A stretch of 64,000 nt of DNA from Camelus ferus (GCF_009834535.1 NC_045697.1:50904001-50968000); one strand, 5' to 3'. Shown: positions 12,881 to 26,846, counted from the stretch's first letter. The notes: generated from the sequence alone by a model not told the origin. Translations and numbers: made by a program.

Positions 12881-13529
12881 ACATTTTTAGCAGGGTTTCT
12901 CAAAATGTGTTCCACAGGAAAGTGGTTCCACAAGATTCTCCATTAAAAAAAAAAAAAAAAAAGATTCTAGAGTCATTTAGATTACTTTAATTCATGGAAA
13001 TTCAAGATGAACATTGTCAAATAAAGGCTCTGAAGAGACCTGTTTAATAGTATCACACAATCTTTCATAAACTTACTTGAGCACAGCACACTTTTCTAAA
13101 TAACCACCACTAATACGCCAGCAAACACACAGTTGCAGAAACACAAGTACACTGTAGTTGCAAAGGATAAGATCCCAGACTCCCTTCACATTTTTTTCTG
13201 GCTCCAGATACAACAGATCACGAAGAAGTTTGCTCCGTACTTCCCAAGTGAGTCACAAATTAGAAACCGACACAAATCTCTGAACATCTATGACAGATTT
13301 GTGTATGTACCTCTGTGTATGTGTGTGGTATTTAGTTTTTCCTGGCTGGACCATCCTCCAGGATAAACCCATCAAAGTGGTAGACATGGGTCAGAACTGC
13401 TTTGTGGCTTCCTAAAAATGAAAAAATAAAATTATAGCCAGCTAGTGGCCCTCTGAGGTCAGGGAAAGTTTCCAGAGGCAGGTAGCTATCAAAAATTCAG
13501 CTAGTGACTTGCCGAAAGGAAATGATCAT

Positions 13530-15012
13530 ATTTGTGCTTGTGGATTGAAAGAACTAACACTGTTAAAATATCCATACTACCCAAAGCAATCTACAGATTC
13601 AATGCAATCCCTATCAAGATTCCAATGACATTTTCACAGAAATAAAAGAAGCAATTCTAAAATTTCTATGGAACCATAAGAGACCCAAATAGTCAAAGCA
13701 ATCTTGAGAAAAAAGAACAAAACTGGAAGCATCACATGCCCTGATTTCAAACTATATCACATACAAAGCTGTAGTAATCAAAGCAGTAAGGTATTGGCAT
13801 AAAAACAGACAGATAGATCAATGGGGAAAAAATAGAGAACCCAGAAATAAACCCACACATATATGACCAATTAGTTTATGACAAAGAAATCTAGAATATA
13901 CAATGAGGAAAGGACAGTCTCTTTAATAAATGGTGATGAGAAAACTAGACAGCCACATGCAAAAGAATGAAAATGGACCACTATCTTATGCCAGACACTA
14001 AAATCAACTCAAAATGGATCAAAGATTTGAATATAAGATCTAAAACCATAAAACTCTTGAAATAAAATAAAACTCCTGCCAACTGGTCTTGGCGATTTTT
14101 AGAATTTGACACCAAAAGCAAAGATAATAAAAACAAAAATAAACAAGTAGGATGACATCAAACAAAAAGCTTCTGCACAGCAAATCACCAGCAAAATGAA
14201 AAGGCAGCACACTGAACAGAAGAAAATATTTGCAAACTATACTTCTGATAAGGGAGTGGTCAATATCCAAAATATAAGATACTCATACAACTCACTAGCA
14301 AAACAACAACAAAAATCTGCTTGATTAAAAATGGGCAAAAAAGGACTTAAACAGACATTTTTTACAAAGAAGACATATAAATGCTTAACAGATACACAAA
14401 AAGGTGCTCAGTATCACTAATCATCTGGGAAATGTGAATCAAAACCACAATGAAATATTACCTCATACCTGTTAGAATACCTATTATCCAAAAAAACAAG
14501 ATGTAACAAATGTTGGCAAGAATAAGGAAAAAAAAGGAACCCTCGTGCACTGTTGGTGTAAATATAAATGAGTGCATCCACTATGGAAAATACTATGGAG
14601 GTTTATTTATAAAATTTAAACAGAACTATCAAATGATCCAGCCACTCCACTCCTGCATATTTATCCAAAGAAAACAAAAACACTAACTCAAAAAGATACA
14701 TGCATCCCCATGTTCTTTGCAGCATTATTTGCAATAGCCAAGACATAGGAAAAATCTAAGTGTCCATTTATGGATGAATGGATAAGGAATATATATATAT
14801 TTATATATAAATTTTCTTTATCACACACACACATATACACAGTGGAAATGGAATATTATTCAGCCATAAAGAAGAAGGAAATCTTGCCATTTACGACAAC
14901 ATGGATGGACCGTGAGCTTATTATGCTGAGTGAAATAAGCCAGACAGGGAAAGAGAAATACTCTATGATTTCACTTATATGTGGAATCTTTAATAAATAC
15001 ATAAATACATAA

Positions 15013-15049
<37 letters not shown>

Positions 15050-15430
15050 CAGATAAAAACAAAAACCAAACTGAGCTCATGGCTACAGAGAACAGATTGG
15101 TGGTTACCAGAGGCAGGGAGGAGAGGGATGGGCAAAATGGGATAAGGGAATTAAAAAGTACAAACTCCCAGCTATAAAACTGAATAAGTCATGGGGATAT
15201 AATGTACAGCCTGGGGACTATAGATAATAATAATGTACTATATATTTGAACATTGTTAAGAAAGATCTTAAAAGTTTTCACCACAAGAAAAAAATCTGTA
15301 ACTATGTATGCTGATGGATGTTAACTAGACTTATTGTGGTGATCATTTCACAATATATACAAATTTATAATCACTATGTTGTACACCTGAAAGTAATATG
15401 TTGTTATATGTCAATTATATCTCAACAAGA
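13530..15430 (+). mobile_element. Older L1: degenerate 3' part of ORF2 plus 3'UTR
   Basis: 'cccaaagcaatctacagattcaatgcaatccctatcaa', 'aatcaactcaaaatggatcaaaga'; ORF 14770 encodes 'MEYYSAIKKKEILPFTTTWMD'; many frameshifts. Confidence 0.92.
15014..15049. repeat. (TAGA)9 microsatellite inside the L1
   Basis: Read directly. Confidence 0.95.
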
Positions 15431-16019
15431 AAGAAATAGGCCCTGTTCCCACACATTCTTAGTAGTTGTTAAAATACTACATGCTTCCATACTGCTTGGC
15501 AAATAACCACTGCTCTTGTCCTCCGAGTGCTTCTCAGTCATGCCAGCAGCCTGGGACCCCCAGGAATTCCCCAGCATCCAGGAACTAAAGGATTAATGAC
15601 CAGCACAGATAAGCTCCAAGCCCTTGCTTCTGCATTTGGCCAGCATCTGTACCAAATATTGTTAAATATTTTTATTATCAACCCTGTTCAGGATGTAAAT
15701 GTCTTTTAAAAAGCTGTTTTGGGAGCGCAGAGAATGAAGTGATTCATTCCAACCCTGGAGATTTAGGAAACCTATTGAAAGCAGTTGAAACATGAGTTGA
15801 GTCTGTAAGTGACCAAAGTAAGCCTTTCTTCTTCTATCTAGTCTTTTTTCTTTGATGTCTCTATCAGGAAAGAAGCCATTCCTTAGTTTAAAAAAGTCAT
15901 ATATAAATAAAGAAAAACAAAAAGTTCAACAGAAGTTCATCTTTGCCCTTCCAAAAGTATATGCACACTACAAGCCTCAGAGAAACAATTTTCAGACACA
16001 AAGTCCCTGTATCCAACAC

Positions 16020-16225
16020 TGTATGGTGTTCAGGGCATGCCCTAGCTCTGAGTTGTGTGGCTTTGAACAAATTACACACCTCTTTTTACTTCAGTTTCCT
16101 CATATGAAAATGAGATAATGAAAGCCCCATCCCTAAAGGTTCTTATGAATATTAAGCAGGATAGTGCATGTAAAGTGCTTAACTCAGTGCCAGTCCATAC
16201 AGATGCTCATTAAAGGTGGTTATTA
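16020..16225 (+). mobile_element. MIR SINE
   Basis: 'ctcagtttcc'-type core ('cttcagtttcctcatatgaaaatgagataatg') and 'gcatgtaaagtgcttaa' tail. Confidence 0.75.
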
Positions 16226-16838
16226 TTAAGACAGTTGGAGTAGTTGTGCAGAAACTTGGCTTCAGGCAAATTACTTCCTCCTTCCAGGAACCCTCACATG
16301 TGTTGAGTTTTCTCAATAGGTCCTTGGCTGATCAAAGAAAGCAATGGGTGAAGGCAGCCTCATTAGGTGGAAACCGTATAAAAATGTGGCAGGCAGCTAG
16401 TCTCAACCTGACTCACTGGTTCTGACAGGAACAGGGTGGGTATCCAATTCCAGGACCTTCTGGTCTCACCAGTATTAAAATCATTTAATAAAACACAAAT
16501 TAGAGTTCCCCAAATAAACAGGTCTTGGTATTAATCAGGAAGAGCCTTCTTTTCACTATTATGTTATTTGCCAACGCAGAGTCAAGTGGAGAGTGTCTTC
16601 AAATAATAGTAAAAAGTAATGGCTAAAAGGTAGTGAACTCTTTACAGTCTCTGGGCTCAGCACTTTGTTATACATTCTCAAATTTTAGGCTCATGGTAAC
16701 TTAATGAGGTAGATACTATTTTATACCAATTCTCCAGAGAAGCAAATAGATCCTTACAGAGATGAGGTCACACATCAGGAAGTGTGTCAGTGCTTTGATC
16801 TAATTCCAAGGAGTCCAATTCCAGAGCCAGTACTTTTA

Positions 16839-17007
16839 TCTTGTTTATTTTTTTAAGGTTTTTTTTTTTTTAAATTTTGTAGGTTTTTTTGGAGGGTGGG
16901 GTAGGTAATTAGGTTTATTTATCTATTTTAATGGAGGTACTAGGGATTGAACCCAGGACCTTGTGCATGTTAAGCAGGGCTTCTACCACTGAGCTACACC
17001 CTCCCCC
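16839..17007 (-). mobile_element. tRNA-Ala-derived SINE inserted in a MIR, 8-bp TSD
   Basis: Reverse complement of the SINE head ('ggaggtactagggattgaacccaggacc...ccactgagctacaccctcccc'); TSD tactttta at 16831-16838 and 17008-17015. Confidence 0.9.
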
Positions 17008-17934
17008 TACTTTTAATAACTCTTCTGCACTGTCTACCTGAGCCAGACCCACTACCTTGCTGAAATAATTCATTCTAAGTCACCTACAATAAACTGTGTA
17101 CAAGTGAAATAGATGCAGTTTTCAATGACCAGAGAAACAACCAGAAGTTTATCTTTTAGACCAGGATACCTACCATGTCTCACCAGCACTTTACCTATCT
17201 TACATGGTTTCCAATGATCAGAAACTCTGGTGTTACTTGAATAAAACCAACTCAATATTTCATCGGTCAGAATATTTTCTAACTGCATATGATTTATTCA
17301 TGAGTCTTTCTGATCTCTAAGCAGGGATTATTCCTCAATACTACAACCTCTGTCATCAGTTAAACTATTAGTAATCCCAGTTTAAGATGAAAGGCAATGA
17401 TGAGGTCTAGGTATCTTAAAGTCATGTGGATGGTAAGTGAGAAGATTATGTGATCAAGTAGTCAGATTATTACACTGAAAACAGTGGAATCAATCCTAGA
17501 ATTTAACTGTCCTGAAACTAGGAGCCTTGTGACTGAATTGGTTGGTTATTTGTTTTGGCATTGTGAAGAGCTTGCCTCTCAATAATTTTTCTTTTTTGAA
17601 AGCAGTCCATTTTATATTGGAGATGTATGTAGCACTCTGCATTGGGTATATGAAGAAATTAAGAGAGAAATTCCCAGCTCTTGAAAATCTTATATTTTAA
17701 CTTGAAAATAAAGAAATTATAGAAAAGATATTTAAGAAAATTTAAAACAAAATTTTGATGCAAAATGGCGAGCACATCTATCACTGTACAGATTATTTGG
17801 GCACCTGTCTTGCAAAGTCAAGCAAATTTCTAAGTTGATGCCACTGGTGTACAGGCTCCATGTACAACTGCTGACGTTGTTATATGTCTGAATTGGGATG
17901 GACACAAAGGATGATAATCTTACTTACGCATTTG

Positions 17935-18125
17935 TTTCTCTGTGGCAGACAATGCTTTCATTTAATCTTCCTTCCAGCCCTGTGACGTAGGTGAGGAAAG
18001 TGAGTCAATGAAGTGAAAAGAGGTGAAGCAATTCACTTGAGGTCATATAACTTGCAAGTGGCAGAGCTGGGATTTGAAGCCGGAACATAAGGCTCCAGAA
18101 TCTGGGATTGTCATCACCATACTCT
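17935..18125 (-). mobile_element. MIR SINE
   Basis: 'gaggtgaagcaattcacttgaggtcatataacttgcaagtggcagagctgggatttgaagcc'. Confidence 0.7.
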
Positions 18126-19164
18126 GACTCAGTGTTACTCTTCAAAGGTCAGCTTTAAGCCCAAGGCAACTGTTACTCATAAGGAACCCTAGGTGAGGAA
18201 GTTCTTGATCTGGGAAGATTACAAGAGCTAGTCAGGTGGAAAATGACAGAAAGAGCACAAACTAACTGGCCAGAATGACCAGCCCTCATAGAACCACTGC
18301 TTACCAAGAGAGTGCAAGGTCAGGATAACCCCCAGAGGAGCCGCTATGCGCAAATGCCCCTCTGACCCTCAGTGCTCATGTTTCCGGAGAAAGGAAGGGT
18401 ACCTGGCATCGTGAGCTCCCCTGAGGATCGTCCCTACAGAATATAAAGTGTTGCAGCCAGTGACCAATAGGGACTGATAATAGAGAAATCACAGGTCTCT
18501 GCCATTCAGAAAATTATATTCTAAAGTTCCTTATTAGAATGTATTTTGGATTCTCACTTCCCTCAAGCTTTCCTCATATATCTGTAATCATTTCAAGAAA
18601 TGTCTAGTATTACACAGTGGTTCCATCTTTTTCAAACTGAGAAATGAGTTGACTGTCAAGATTCACCAGTCAGCCCATGAAAACCAGTCAAACAAGTTAT
18701 AATAAACCCTGAGCCCTCAAGCCTTGCTCTGATTCAGACATAGGCATCAGTGAGGCTTAGCATGTGATGAGCTGGCTCCCAGCACTACTGATATCCCTCA
18801 GCTGTGGACTCTGGGACCAATGTGCAGGAACAAGCTTGGGAAGAATAGAGGGCTTTGTGCTAGGAAAAATCCCCACATCTGCTCTGTATGGGCCAGATAA
18901 TGCCAATTCATGAGCTGACACAGTCAACACCACTTGCTACATTCTCAACAAGCTGGAAGGTCACTGCCAAGCTGCCTGAAGTATGGTAAGAGAAGAATTA
19001 AGGGGTAGTCATTAATGTCAAGACAAGGGCTTTGTTTGGGGATGACAAGCCTGCTGATGGTCCCCATGGGCCAGTGTAATTGCCTAATTCAGAGATAGTT
19101 TGAACAATAAAGAAAGACAGCTGCTAACGGTGTGATACAGACTCACCGTTGTCAATCTAATAGA

Positions 19165-19600
19165 CTCTCCTCCCCCTTTTCCCTGCTAAGAGGATCCTGA
19201 CTTGGCCATGTGTTCTCCACAATGTGACAGTCTGAACTCTGCCCAGGGATGAATTACGAGTGGTCTAAGTCCATCACGATAATCTCACTCTTCTTTGCCA
19301 GTAATCGGTTCAGGGATTGACCTGTGACCTATTCCTGCCAGTTAGATGACAGGACAGTCCACTAGGAATTCTCCTGGGCAGGACTTTCTTCCTTGATAAA
19401 ATCAAGGTATATGATACATGCCTCCTTTCTACCAAAGACACCATCCTGTGCAGGTATGAGACTCAGAGTTACCACAGCCATCATGGAACCGTGATGAAAC
19501 ACATTGTCAATGTGATAGGATCAGGAGGACCTTGATAACATGGTCAAGTTGTTGAGCACATTCTTTAAACCATCATTTCATGATTTCCTGTTATGTAATC
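19165..19600 (+). mobile_element. MaLR (MLT1-type) LTR remnant
   Basis: MLT1-like motifs 'tggtctaagtccatca...ggttcagggattgacctgtgacc' and 'acagccatcatggaacc'. Recognised from memory. Confidence 0.55.
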
Positions 19601-19964
19601 ATAATACACAATTATTTACACAAATGAGCAAAGTCCCTTGTCCCAGGCTCAAAGAGGGCAAATAGGAAGGGCTGGGATTTCAAACCTAGATATAGCTGAC
19701 TCAGACACCATTGGCTTGGTCCTCTATGCCAGTCTAAAGAAGTAAAAACTGAGAAAATAGGCAATGGATATTAACTGTCTTGGCTCTCTCCTTTAAAGGG
19801 TGTCCTGGTCCACCAGTAAAGTGGATATCCCCGTGATACAGCCTGGACAAGTCCCAGATCTGGCCAGGAGTTTCTGTTTTCTGTGCCAGAAGCTGAGATC
19901 AGCTGTAGAGCAGCTGGTGGCATACTGACCAGTGGAGTTTAGCCAGATGATCCCGAACAACACA

Positions 19965-20115
19965 GTTCAGTTTATTTATGTCTTTTTTAGAATTCCATGT
20001 ATGAGTGGTATCATATGGTATTTTTCTTTCTCTTTCTGGCTTACTTCATTTCGAATGATGATCTCCAGGTCCATCCATGTTGCTGCAAATGGCATTATTT
20101 TATTCTTTTTTATGG
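19965..20115 (-). mobile_element. Short L1 fragment (end of ORF2)
   Basis: 'atggtatttttctttctctttctggcttacttcattt...atccatgttgctgcaaatgg' is nearly identical to the young L1 copies. Confidence 0.88.
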
Positions 20116-20519
20116 TGAGTGAGGACAGTTCAGTTTAAAGCTGCTTTAGGGATTCAAATCCAAATCTCAGAAGTATCAACAATTCCTTAATAGCTTCCCA
20201 TGTTAAAAAAAAAATGGAATGAATAAGCATTCTTCTTCTTGATTTTTAGTTGTACATTAATTAGCTTCTTTAAAAAATTTTCAGAGCAGTCAAATAAATT
20301 TCTGAAGATGTTCACATTATGTAAAATACTTTAACAATTTTTTCTTGAAAAAAACTGTTAGTCATTTTGTACTGAGGACAGAGGTATATGTTTTTCACCA
20401 GTCAAAGTTATTTTAAGAAGGGTAGAGCAATTTGAAACACTCCTGGAGAAAAAATAACATTCTACTGTCATGGATAAAGATGACAGTGGCCTCAGAAGTA
20501 AAAGCAATTCCTGGGAGAA

Positions 20520-21560
20520 ATGCATAACAAATCCACAATGAGATAGCACCTCACTCTTGTTAGAATGACTATCAACAAAAAGACAAGGGATAAATGCTGG
20601 TATGCATGTGGAGAAAAGGGAACTCTCCTGCAGCCACTGTGGAAAACAATATGGAGATTCCTCAAGAAATAAAAATAAAACTACCATACTATCCAGCAAT
20701 TCCACTTCTGGGTATTTACCCAAAGAAGACAAAAATACTAATTCAAAAGGTATGTGCATACCAGTGCTCACTGCAGCATTATTTACAACAGCCAAGATAT
20801 GGAAACAACCAAAGTGTCCATTGACAGATGACTGGATAAAGAAAATGTACACACACACACACACAGACACACACACACACACACACAGGGATGCTATTCA
20901 GCCATTAAAAAAAAGGAGGAAATTCTGCCACTTGCGACAGCACGGATGGTCCTTGAGGGCATTATGCTAAATGAGATAAGTCAGAGAAAGACATGTACTA
21001 CCTGGTATCACTTTACAGGTCAAATCTTTAAAAAAAAAAAAAATCATAGAAAAAGAGAACAGATTTGTGGTTACCAGGCACGGTGGGTAAGGTGTAGTGG
21101 AATTAGATACAAAGGTGGTCAAAAGGTACAAGCTTCCAGTTAAAAGACAAATACGCCTTGAGGATGTAATGTACAACACGATGACTACAGCTAAGACTGC
21201 TGTATGGTATATTTGAGGTGGGGAGGGTATAGCTCAGTGGTAGAGCTCATGTTTAGCATGCATGAGGTCCTAGGTTCAATCCCCAGTACCTCCGTTAAAA
21301 TAAGTAAACCTAATTACCTCCTCCCAAAACAAAAATAAATAAAAGACAAGACATGGTATATTTGAAAGTTGCCATGAGTGTAGTTCCTGAAAGTTCCCAT
21401 CACAAGGGAAAAATCTGTAATTGTGTGAGGTGACAGACATTAACTAAACATATTGTGAAATCATCTTGTAATGCGTGGAAGTCAAGTCATTATGCTGTAC
21501 GCCTTCACCTTACACAGTGATGTATGTCAATTATAGCTCAATACATTTGAAGGGGAAAAA
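20520..21560 (+). mobile_element. Older L1 3' end, containing a (CA)n tract (about 20849-20886) and a nested SINE
   Basis: ORF fragments '[15 protein letters not shown]' and 'TAALFTTAKIWKQPKCP'; the 3'UTR continues after the SINE. Confidence 0.9.
21217..21352 (+). mobile_element. tRNA-Ala-derived SINE nested in L1 3'UTR, 13-bp TSD
   Basis: A-box tagctcagtgg and B-box ggttcaatcc; TSD atggtatatttga at 21204-21216 and 21353-21365. Confidence 0.93.
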
Positions 21561-21659
21561 GAGTAATTCCTGGGAAAGAGAAAACATCTTTCATAAAAAA
21601 AATTTTTTTTTCCCAGGCCTGCATGGTGGCAGAGAGAGGAGAATACGCATCTTAGAGCC

Positions 21660-22005
21660 TGGCCACTCAAAGTGTGGTCCGGGAACCAGCAGCATTGGCA
21701 TCGCCTACGAGTGTGCTGGGAATGCAGGAGCTCAGGCCCAACCCGAGACCTGCCGGATCAGAGCCTGCAAGGTAACGGGACCTCAGGTGATCCACATGAA
21801 CATTACAATTAGAGAAGCAGTAGCTTACAGCAATAATTCTCCACCTTGGCCTCATTTTGAATTTTCTGCAGAGTTTTAAAAACACTGATGGCTGAGTCCA
21901 ACCCTGGGAACTTCTAATTTAATTGTTCTGGGGTGCAGTTGGAGCACGGAGGTTTTTTGAAGTTCCCAAATGACTACAATCAGTGCAGCCAAGGCTGGGA
22001 AGCAC
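21660..22005. mobile_element. Two adjacent MER5-type (hAT-Charlie) non-autonomous elements
   Basis: 'ctcaaagtgtggtccgggaaccagcagcattggcatc' and 'ttttgaagttcccaaatgactacaatcagtgcagccaaggctgggaagcac'. Confidence 0.7.
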
Positions 22006-22249
22006 GGGTTCAGTGGGCTGATGGTGGCAGTCCAGTTTATTTGCTCTCCTCAGTGACACTAGTAAGCTTCTCAGTTTTAGAACCAAAGCAGCAGATCCTG
22101 TGACAAAAGAATGCTTTGCAATCAGAGGCAGAACGTTCAACAAGAAGTCATAGAATTCTGAGTGTAGGCGTGCTTTACTTTATATAGTAGGTCCTTTCTT
22201 ACAACTCACATGTTCAATGAATCTCTATAAATAAGAATAATTTTTGTGC

Positions 22250-22475
22250 TCTTTATACTTATCATTCACTGTGCTGGACAATTAAGTCTAATCTATTTGA
22301 ATTATTCCATAAACTCTACAAAGAAGGTATCATTGTCCCTCTTTCACAGACTTGGAAACTGAGGGCTCAGAGACATTAAGGCATTTTCAAAGGTCTCACA
22401 TTTGATAAACAGTCCTGTCAGGATTTAAGGACTGGTTTTTCTGTCTCCAAAGCTGATGTTCTTTCCCTTGATCTA
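22250..22475 (-). mobile_element. MIR SINE
   Basis: 'tttcacagacttggaaactgagggctcagaga' MIR core. Confidence 0.7.
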
Positions 22476-23314
22476 ATTGCTTCCATGTACTTAAGCACAA
22501 GTCATATTTCAAATTGCCCAAGGTTGTCACTTCTATAAACACATTAGATAAATCATTGTGAAAAGCAAAGAGTTATTTGATGCCATCACCCTAATTCACC
22601 TACTTTATACATTATAAAGTTTAAATAGATTTTCCCAAAGGAGTGTAGTCCATGCTCCATTTTTAGCTGTCATTTGCATGGGTTTTAAAACAAGTAGGGT
22701 TACTTTGCCTCCTTTCATCCTGCCCTCAACTCCCCACTTCACCACAAGTGATTTAAATTAAATTGTAATAAAATTAAATGAAATAAAAGAGTTGCAGGCC
22801 AAAAGAAAATTACTTTCTTATTGCCATGTAAGTATATTCAGCTTTCCAATTACTTGAGCTAAAAGGAGCAAGCAAGGAATAATCAAAACATTACTGCTCT
22901 GCATGGGTTTAGCAGCCTTCTGCGGTAACCTCGTAACAGGAAACTACGGAGGCCCGATAAGCTGCTCCTGCTACCCTGTATTCAAACCATTTAAGAATGA
23001 AATTTACACTGCAAAAGAAACTCCACGTCTTAAACACCTGGCGGGCTTTTTGGGGGGGAGCATTTGCACCACAATGTACCATAATGCATCACTTCTTCAG
23101 TATTAGACTCCTAGTCTCTGGGTTGAAGAACTGAGTCCACTTAAAATAAATTAGTTAACTGATAAAATGCCCCAAGGATGGGAAGAAAAATCTCCAGAAT
23201 ATCCCAGGAAGCATGCAGATGCCCAAGCAGATAAAAGGGATGCCTTAGAGAGTCCATCAAAGGGCTGCTTCATGTGCAGACATATTGGTCCAAGTTCTTA
23301 GAAATGGACAAGCA

Positions 23315-23520
23315 CCATGCTCAGGGCTGTATACACATTATTCCAATGAATACTCATAGCAGTTCTGCAAGGAAGATTCTACTAATTTCATCTTACAAAT
23401 GAAGGTGCTGAGGCAAGGAGAGGTTATTGACTTGCATAAAACCACATTGCTTGTAATAGTAAACCTAAGACTTGAATGGCTCCAACCCATCTAGAGCCTA
23501 TGTTTTTAGCCCAATACTGC
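23315..23520 (-). mobile_element. MIR SINE
   Basis: 'ttacaaatgaaggtgctgaggcaaggagaggttattgacttgc'. Confidence 0.65.
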
Positions 23521-24729
23521 CACTTATAGGTAAAATGAGATATCACTTCCTCTAGGGATAAGATTTAAAATGGAAAGCCCTGGACGAGACTGATCAGCAA
23601 TCTCTGCCCTCTGTTCTCCCTGCCCAACAGATCTCTAAGTTTCCTTTAAGGATTACCAGTACAATGTGGTGATCATGCAGTAACCAAAATGTTCAAGTGG
23701 ACTTACCCACTTCTGGCTCCAGGGCATGGTCGATTAGCATATTTTCACACTGTTTGCAACAACAGTCAATGTTCCTTATTTCAAGCTTCATGAAGAATAG
23801 GAAATATCATTTGATGTTGTGAAAAGTGCTACTTTCTACCCTGGAAATGGACAAGGAAGCATGTAGCCCCTTTGTGACCATAGGGTGACATCCTGGCTGC
23901 AGATAAAGCCAGAATGATGAGATAGAGCCAAGATCTTAACCAGAACATGTCTGATGCTTTTCAGTTATATGAGCCATTAAATCCACATTATTGTTTAAGT
24001 CCCATTGACTCAGGTTTTCTTTAACTGAAAACTCTTCGTTGATAAATAAATACCAATACTGTCAACCTTGATGCTTTTAAATGAGGGATTTACATTCTAC
24101 ACGCTATAGTTCTAATAAATGCTTCATTGTGGACATTTTCCTGAAGATAAGAGGTATAGAGTTATCCCCAGACCAAATCGGTGATCAGATCATTTTTACG
24201 CAGCTCATCTAGATTTTATCATTTGAAATTCACCATGATAGGTCCATAAGAATAAAGGCATTCACACTGAGTCAGTCATATTCCTTTTCACCAACTTGTA
24301 TAACTGTGTGACATGCAAGTTCTGTCAAACTCAGGGAAAATAAGCTTCATTTTCTGAGAATTTGGAGGAAATGTGATCAGTCATAGGTGTCTTTTATTCT
24401 AAGAACAGGAAGCAATGTTGAGAAATAAAACATGACCAAACTGATTGTTTCTCATTTTATTCAAAACCACTTCCCCATGATCTTTTCCTCTAGAAATTCA
24501 AAGAATTATATGCATAGAGCATGACTCAGTCTCTCCATTGACCCTCACTTATTGACAGTTGCAAAATTTGGCCCCCCCACATTGGATCTGTGCACAGCTT
24601 CTGCTGTCATAACGGAACCCCTCTCAACCTCTGTCCCATTTACAACTCCATCTACTTCATGCAGGTGTTTCGTTGGTCTTTCTACTTACCCGCAGGGAGT
24701 TGGATCTGCTGCTCTGCTCAAGTTCGGAG

Positions 24730-25363
24730 TGATGCAGGAAAAATGGATGTGGGGTGTGAGAAGGACTGTGTCCCAGGTCTCGGTTGGGCCCCTGGGATGT
24801 GCCCCGCCAAGTGTGGGTCCTTGGCTTCGCACAGTAAAGAATTCAAGAGCGAGCCACAGTTGAGTAAATGTAGATTTATTCAGAGAGATACATTGAAAGG
24901 CAAGAGAAAGACCACGAGGTGTGGGGATTGGGTGCTCAGATTAGAGTATAAGTAGGTACACACTCCACAGACAGAGTGTGGGCAGTCTCCAAACTGACAG
25001 AGAGGCAGCAACCTCGAGGCACCATGCTGCCAGTTTTTATGGGCTCAGTGGCTTCATATGCTAATAAGTGGAAGGACCAGTCTGACTAGCCTGGAGAAGG
25101 GGCTGGTATTCTCAGGAAGTTGGCCATTTCCCACTCTTTGACCTTCTGTTGCTAGTCTTGGGACTGCCATAGCACCTGTGGGCATGTTATTCACCATGTT
25201 AATATATTACAATGGGCCTAAAATGAAGCTCAAGTTCTACTAGAAGTCAAATTTCCCACCATCCTGAGCCTCAAGGCCTACTAGGGGTTGAATCTTCCAC
25301 CATTTTGATGTTAATTGCTGTAGCATTCCTTGAATAGCTGTGCCCTGCCCCCTTCCTGTCTCA
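24730..25363 (-). mobile_element. ERV1 solo LTR, MER41-like, with 4-bp TSD
   Basis: Minus strand starts TGAGACAGG and ends CCTGCATCA; TSD ggag at 24726-24729 and 25364-25367; homologous to 30528-31123; resembles recalled MER41 consensus ('CTTGAATTCTTT...GAAGCCAAGGACCC'). Confidence 0.85.
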
Positions 25364-26059
25364 GGAGGAAACCTCAAGGTTTCAAAATGCCATGCAATCA
25401 AATGACAAGAAGTGCACCAGACAAACAGAAACTGGATTGTCATCTCTGCATAAGCGTTTCTATGGTAAAATTGTTTAAAAGAAGAAATATGTAAATATAT
25501 ATACTGGTACATATATGTTAAAAGTTATAAGGTAAGTGAGTAGGAAATTTTTTTATTAACAGGCACTTTCATTAGAGCAAGTTGATAAAATTTCTCATCT
25601 GAGTTATTCAAATTCAGATAAATTTTTTAGACTTTGTCAACACAAAGTTTCAAAATTAACTGAAAAAAAAATTTCTTTACACATGAAAAAAAAATTGGGC
25701 AGAATTTTTAAGAGTCCACAAATACCTGAGCTGGAGTTATTTACAAAGCATGGGCTATACAGAAACATAGATTTTGATGTATGCCACAGCAAACCTGCAT
25801 GCCCCTTTTGAAAAGCAATTATGCCAGCAGTCAGGAGGTAGAGAAATATAAATGTGCTTGAGTTAATAATACTGATCCTGAGACTTTATTTTATGGATTT
25901 TTTTTTAATAAGAGAAAAAGTCATGCTTAAGATGTTACCATCAAAATTATTAATGGTAATCAAAATTTAATAGGATCTTAATTCAAACAATAGCAGAAGC
26001 TTTAAATAAATTTGTGTCTAAGTCCTCTAGCTTGTCTACTAAGTCTTAACTTCAGTGAT

Positions 26060-26700
26060 CATCACTGGAGCCGCAATGACCCATCAGAGTTGTCCTGCTT
26101 GGAGTCAAATGGTTCTTTATACCTCTACCTTATCAGTCAGTGGATGTGGGCAGAGCCCAGAGGGGACAACCTCGGGTGAGGTCAGCTCTCCGTGGCGCTG
26201 GAGCAATCGCTGAGGGGTCTGAGTTGAAGGCCAACTGCTCACAGTAGTCCAGTAGCCCAGGCGATGGAGGAGAACATGGGGTACAGTCATGTCCACTGCA
26301 GTCCACCCTCAGCACTGCCTGCATCCACTTCCTCACACAAATACAGGGAGCAGCTCTTCCAGGATTCTTGGAATCTCTCTTTCTGGGGGAAGTTTGGGTA
26401 AGGAAATTAAGTGGGAAGAACCACAGTTCCCACCACTAGCACTGATCTTGGAATTGCACCTGACACAGTCTCCCCCTTCAATATCCATTGTAGATTTCCT
26501 GTCTCTTCATCTGGCACCTCTGCTTGTCTTAGAGGTTCCTGGTTCTCTAAGCCTAAAGGCCTGATCACCATGATCCTCTCAAGCCAGGATTACCATACTT
26601 CTCTATTTTCCATCAAAACTGGGGCAAGAGAGTGTCAAGAGGCACCTAAGTGGACTCCACTGATGTGGGGGCCCACATAATACCACATTCAATCAGAGGA
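26060..26700 (-). mobile_element. Ancient ERVL/MaLR LTR plus adjacent internal remnant
   Basis: Motifs 'tcagtcagtggatgtgggc...ggtgaggtcagctctc' and 'ccatcaaaactggggcaagagagt'. Recognised from memory. Confidence 0.5.
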
Positions 26701-26846
26701 CACACTTTCCGCAAAGGAGGTGAAGGAGTCAACCCACGACCATGAGCTCCGCTGGTACTTAACACGTGCCTGGCATCACGAAAGCTTTCATTATCCTCAG
26801 CAAATGTGTCAGGGAGGAAAAGGAGCCTAATATTCAGATACAGTGG

